Assembly: GCA_963816215.1 (NCBI GenBank)
Contig: CAWFKB010000001.1
Span: 54,298 to 118,297 of the forward strand
Source of the DNA: an uncultured Chloroflexia bacterium
GTDB taxonomy: Bacteria; Chloroflexota; Limnocylindria; QHBO01
Length of the DNA: 64,000 nucleotides
Direction of reading: 5' to 3'
In this document: positions 59,987 to 64,000 of the stretch, in pieces
Layout: the number at the start of each line of letters is the position of its first letter
How positions within the stretch are numbered: the first letter of the stretch is position 1
Translations under genes and position numbers: made by a program
Notes under the pieces: generated by a model
The model's input: the letters and a program-made list of their open reading frames with translations, nothing else
Database searches by the model: none
What the model was told of the DNA's origin: nothing

Positions 59987-61525
59987 TCAGCTCCCGGTAG
60001 ACCCGTCGACCACGACGGCCAGCGCGCCGCTGCGGATGACGGAGGCGAGGGTCGTGATGTCAGGTCCGGGCGGACGGTCCCCGTTGAGGGCGGGGACGGC
60101 TTCGCGGACGATGGCATGCGCTCGTCGAACCCCGGCGCCTGGTGTTAGCGGCGCTCGCAGGTCGAGGCCCCGGGCCGCGCACAACGCCTCGGCCGCCAGG
60201 ACGGTCGCCGTCCGATCGACCGCGTCGAGCAGGAGCAGGGCCGAGGTGGCGCCCATGCTCACGTGGTCCTCCTGGTTGGCGCTGGTGGGGATCGTGTCCG
60301 CGCTGGCGGGGTGGGCCACCGTCTTGAGCTCGTTGACCAGGGCCGCGGCCGCGTACTGAGCCATCATCAGGCCGCTTTCGAGCCCCGGGTCATCGGCCAG
60401 AAAGGCGGGCAGGCCGGACAGCCGGGTGTCGACAATCCGAGCGGTCCGTCGTTCCGAGATCGTGGCCAGCGCCGTGAGCGCAAGCCGCGCATGGTCCAGG
60501 GGCAGGGCCAGCGGCTCGCCGTGGAAGTTGCCGCCGCTCAGCACCCGCCCGTCCGGGAACACGAGCGGGTTGTCGGTGGCCGCGTTCATCTCGATCGTCA
60601 GCGCCTCCGAGAGCGGCGTGAGCGCGTCTGACACGGCGCCATGGACCTGCGGCATGCAGCGCAAGGAGTAGGCGTCCTGCACCCGGTGCGGGCTTGACCG
60701 ATGACTCTGCCCGATCTCGCTGTCGGCCAGGAGCGCCCGCAGGCGTGCGGCCGAGGCCACCTGTCCGTGGTGCGGACGCGCCCCGATCAATGCTTCGTCG
60801 AAGGCCGCCGCGGTCCCGAGCATCGCCTCCAGGCTCATGGCACCCACCACGTCCGCGGTGAGAACCAGTTGGGCGGCATCAGCGGCGGCGAGTGCACCGA
60901 TGGCGGCCATGAGCTGCGTCCCGTTCAGGAGGGCCAGGCCTTCCTTTGCCTCCAGCTCCACCGGCTCCAGGCCGGCAGCCGCCAGCGCATCACCGCCGGG
61001 CAGTTTCGTGCCGTTGACCGTGGCCTCGCCCTCGCCGATCACCACCAGGGCGAGGTGGGCAAGCGGCGCCAGGTCGCCCGACGCGCCCACGCTCCCGCGC
61101 GACGGGACGACGGGGTGTACGCCGGCGTTGAGCATGCCGAGCAGCAGGTCCACCACTTCTGGGCGGATGCCGGAAAGCCCCACGGACAGCGCATTGGCCC
61201 GCAGCAGGAGCATGGCCCGCACGACTTCGGTGGGGAGCGGCTCACCCACCCCGGCCGCGTGACTCCGAACCAGGTTCCGCTGGAGGGTCGCCGTCTGCTC
61301 CGGCGAGACGCGGACGTCGGCGAGGTCCCCGAACCCGGTCGTCACCCCGTACACGGTGTCACCGGAGGCCACCACGTGCTCGATCACCGCTCGCGAGGCG
61401 GCCATCCGATCCCGCGCGCCCCCATCCAGGCTGACCGCGGCGCCACCTCGGGCGACGGCCACCACATCGGTCACGATCAGGTCGCGACCGGTGAGGACCA
61501 CCGCGATGTCGGCTCGGCTGTTCAC
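59987..61525 (-). CDS. hutH: Histidine ammonia-lyase
   Basis: YGVTTGFG, LVRSHA, GASGDLAPL (MIO), QDAYSLRC, NQEDHVSMG. Confidence 0.95.
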   Translation of the reverse strand: MNSRADIAVVLTGRDLIVTDVVAVARGGAAVSLDGGARDRMAASRAVIEHVVASGDTVYGVTTGFGDLADVRVSPEQTATLQRNLVRSHAAGVGEPLPTEVVRAMLLLRANALSVGLSGIRPEVVDLLLGMLNAGVHPVVPSRGSVGASGDLAPLAHLALVVIGEGEATVNGTKLPGGDALAAAGLEPVELEAKEGLALLNGTQLMAAIGALAAADAAQLVLTADVVGAMSLEAMLGTAAAFDEALIGARPHHGQVASAARLRALLADSEIGQSHRSSPHRVQDAYSLRCMPQVHGAVSDALTPLSEALTIEMNAATDNPLVFPDGRVLSGGNFHGEPLALPLDHARLALTALATISERRTARIVDTRLSGLPAFLADDPGLESGLMMAQYAAAALVNELKTVAHPASADTIPTSANQEDHVSMGATSALLLLDAVDRTATVLAAEALCAARGLDLRAPLTPGAGVRRAHAIVREAVPALNGDRPPGPDITTLASVIRSGALAVVVDGSTGS

Positions 61526-61547
61526 AGGCACCCCGCATACTACGGTC

Positions 61548-62378
61548 GTGCGGAGGATTCCGGGCCCCACGCGTCGCCTCGTCATCAGCCCCGACGCGCA
61601 GGACCAGCTGGGCGGCGCAGTGCCGAGCCCGGCGGCCGCATTCCTGCTGACCCTCATCCTGCTGCCCACCCTGTTCTGGCTCGTCGCCCTGAAGCGGACG
61701 ACCGAGTACCTCGGGATCGAAGGCTGGCTCATGGGCAACGTCATGCAGCCGTTCCAGGCCTGGATGGAAGCGCACCTCCCCGTGGTGGACTCGGCGCTGA
61801 CCGCGATCAGCGCCCTGGGCTCGGGCTGGTTCGTGGGCCTGGGCTTCGCGGTCTGCGGGCTGTTCGCGCTGTACAAGGGCCGCCGCGACCTGGCGCTGTT
61901 GCTTGCCCTTGGCACGCTGGCCTTTCCCATGGAATGGGCGCTGAAGTATTTCACCGCCATACCGCCCATCACGCTGCCCCAGCTGGTGTCGGCCATGTTC
62001 AACGTGAACGACGTGGGCCTCGATGACATCGCCGTCTTCCCGGCCGGTCATGCGCTGCGGTCCATGGTCTTCTATGGGCTGGTCGCGTTCTGCGTCGCGC
62101 GCCTGTCCTCGGATCGGCGGCAGGGGATGGTCGCCTACGCCGTGGCGGCCGTCCTCATCGCGACCATTGGCCTCGTCCGGATCTACCTCAACCTGCACTA
62201 CCCGCTCGACGTGCTCGGTGGCTGGATGGCCGGGGCGGCGCTCGTCTCGGTCCTGATCGCCATCCACGTCCTGAACGTGGACGAGCGGATGCGGGCCGCT
62301 GCCCGGCGCCGAGGCGTTGCCGAGCACGCCGCTCAGCACGTGGCCGAGCGCGGCGCCGAACGAGCCGCCGGGGCGTAG
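61548..62378 (+). CDS. PAP2 family phosphatase
   Basis: FPAGHA and RIYLNLHYPLDV. Confidence 0.85.
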   Translation: MRRIPGPTRRLVISPDAQDQLGGAVPSPAAAFLLTLILLPTLFWLVALKRTTEYLGIEGWLMGNVMQPFQAWMEAHLPVVDSALTAISALGSGWFVGLGFAVCGLFALYKGRRDLALLLALGTLAFPMEWALKYFTAIPPITLPQLVSAMFNVNDVGLDDIAVFPAGHALRSMVFYGLVAFCVARLSSDRRQGMVAYAVAAVLIATIGLVRIYLNLHYPLDVLGGWMAGAALVSVLIAIHVLNVDERMRAAARRRGVAEHAAQHVAERGAERAAGA

Positions 62379-62395
62379 GGGCGTAGCGCCGCCGC

Positions 62396-63064
62396 GTGCT
62401 GGAGTTCATCGACCAGCAGGTCATCCCCTTCTTCCTGTCGTTGTACGACGCGATCGGGTACGTCGGCGTCGCCGTGGGCGTTGCGCTAGAGACGTTCATC
62501 CCGATCCTCCCGTCGGAGGTCATCGTCCCCATGGCTGGCTGGAAGATTGCGCAGTCCGCGGCCGATCCAACCGTCACCGAATGGCTGACCGATGCGCCGT
62601 GGAGCGTGCTGGGGGTCATGGTTGCCGCAACGCTCGGTGCCGCCCTGGGCTCGCTGGCCGGCTACCTGATCGGTGCCTGGGGTGGGCGCCCGCTGCTGGA
62701 CCGATACGGTCGTTACATTCACATCCATTCCGATGACCTCGACCGAGCCGATGCGTGGTTCGCGCGCTACGGCGACTGGGCCGTCTTCTTCGCCCGGTTC
62801 GTCCCGCTCCTGCGGGCCTTGATCAGCTACCCGGCGGGCGTCGCCCGCATGCCGCTCGGCCGGTTCCTGCTCTTCTCGGTCCTGGGCTCGATCCCGTGGA
62901 ACCTGGCCCTGGTCGTGGCCGGCTGGGCCCTGGGGGAGAACTACGACGCCCTATACGCGGCCATCCGCCCGTTCGAGATCGTGATCTACGTCGTCGTGGT
63001 GGTGGCCATGGTCTTCATCCTCGTTCGCTGGGCCCGCGGCCGTGGTGAGCCCTCGCAGGTTTGA
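62396..63064 (+). CDS. DedA family membrane protein
   Basis: PILPSE, GSLAGY.IG, WFARYG, RFVP..R..IS.PAG. Confidence 0.93.
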   Translation: MLEFIDQQVIPFFLSLYDAIGYVGVAVGVALETFIPILPSEVIVPMAGWKIAQSAADPTVTEWLTDAPWSVLGVMVAATLGAALGSLAGYLIGAWGGRPLLDRYGRYIHIHSDDLDRADAWFARYGDWAVFFARFVPLLRALISYPAGVARMPLGRFLLFSVLGSIPWNLALVVAGWALGENYDALYAAIRPFEIVIYVVVVVAMVFILVRWARGRGEPSQV

Positions 63065-63111
63065 CTCGCACATCGTGAGCGTGGGACGATCGGCGCAACT
63101 GAACGAAATCA

Positions 63112-63292
63112 TCGTCTTCGGGGCGGGGTGAAACTCCCCACCGGCGGTCGGTCCGCGTAGGACCAGCCCGCGAACCCCGTGAGGCCGGCGGCCACGGAGA
63201 ACGGTAGCCGGAGCACCTTTCGGGGCCGACCTGACCCCGGCGTCAGCCGGGCAGACAGGGCCGACGGTCACAGTCCGGATGGGAGAAGGCGA
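63112..63292 (+). ncRNA. FMN riboswitch (RFN element)
   Basis: TCTTCGGGGCGGGGTGAAACTCCCCACCGGCGGT...AGCCCGCGA...GCCGACGGT.ACAGTCCGGATGGGAGAAG. Confidence 0.93.
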
Positions 63293-63410
63293 GCACGAGG
63301 CGTTCCTCCGACGACCCGCGAACCGATCGGCGCTGCGCGCCGTCCCGGCTCCGGGCGCCCGGCAGGGCGCCCGGGCTGCGCGTCCCGAGGCGATCCACAT
63401 CGGGAGCGCC

Positions 63411-64000
63411 ATGGATCACGAATCAGCCCAGCCCACCGCGATCACGGTCACCGACCTGACCGTCACCTTCCCGACCCACGGGGAGCCGCTGACGGCGCTC
63501 GGCGGGCTCAGCGGGTCGGTGGGGGACGGGGAGCTGGTCGCGGTCATCGGGCCGAACGGGTGCGGGAAGTCCACGCTGCTGCGGGTGCTGGCCGGACTGC
63601 TGGCCCCGACCGCCGGACGCATCGGTCTCGGCTCTGAGCAGGTCCCGCCGCGCGCCGGGGATGGCCAGGTGGGAATCATGTTCCAGCAGCCGCGCCTCCT
63701 GGCCTGGCGGTCGACCGCGGACAACGTCGCGCTTCCGCTGGAGCTGGCCGGGGTTTCGACTGCTGAGCGGCGATGGCTGCTGAGCGGGCGCTCGCCCAGG
63801 TCGGGTTGGGGGACGTGGCCGGCCTCCGGCCACGGGAGCTGTCGGGCGGCATGCAGCAGCGGGTCGCACTGGCCCGGTCGCTGGTCACCGACCCGCCGAT
63901 CCTGCTCCTGGACGAGCCGTTCAGCGCCCTCGACGCGCTGACCCGCGACGCGTTCGACGCGCAGCTCGAGGCCCTGTGGATGGCCCAGCGCCGCACCGTG
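63411..64000 (+). CDS. NitT/TauT-type ABC ATPase, probably riboflavin uptake; frameshift near 63775, 3'-truncated
   Basis: [18 protein letters not shown], then LSGGMQQR and [10 protein letters not shown] in a shifted frame. Confidence 0.88.

Noticed and set aside
256-63996. Many long overlapping Arg/Gly/Pro-rich ORFs (e.g. 10730..12754, 20674..22548, 46026..47903)
   Set aside because: Shadow frames of real genes in high-GC DNA, with no recognisable motifs

Overview
High-GC, gene-dense bacterial chromosome window with about 70 CDSs, mostly housekeeping and amino-acid catabolism. Gene content suggests Chloroflexota or a related high-GC terrabacterium (inference). I see no rRNA, tRNA, CRISPR array or mobile element. 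Recognisable blocks: an ECF transporter with a nucleoside hydrolase; a scattered leucine-degradation set (liuB/C/D/E); an apbE plus MsrQ-like flavinylation operon; thyX; fumC; two aldehyde dehydrogenases; a class III aminotransferase with a CoA-transferase; pyrD; tdh-kbl; argS; fctD/hutU/hutH; and an FMN riboswitch before an ABC ATPase. About nine genes are broken by frameshifts, probably sequencing indels. Best leads: (1) a biotin carboxylase (LiuD) with an N-terminal Xis/MerR-like HTH domain; (2) a signal-less ApbE operon whose only candidate substrate is a 100-aa membrane peptide ending in TGAS; (3) an unannotated 33-aa micro-lipoprotein; (4) two candidate sRNAs with C/CU-rich motifs; (5) interleaved DnaA and NrdR boxes upstream of thyX; (6) pervasive leaderless promoters. 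All calls come from reading motifs by eye; no database searches were run.
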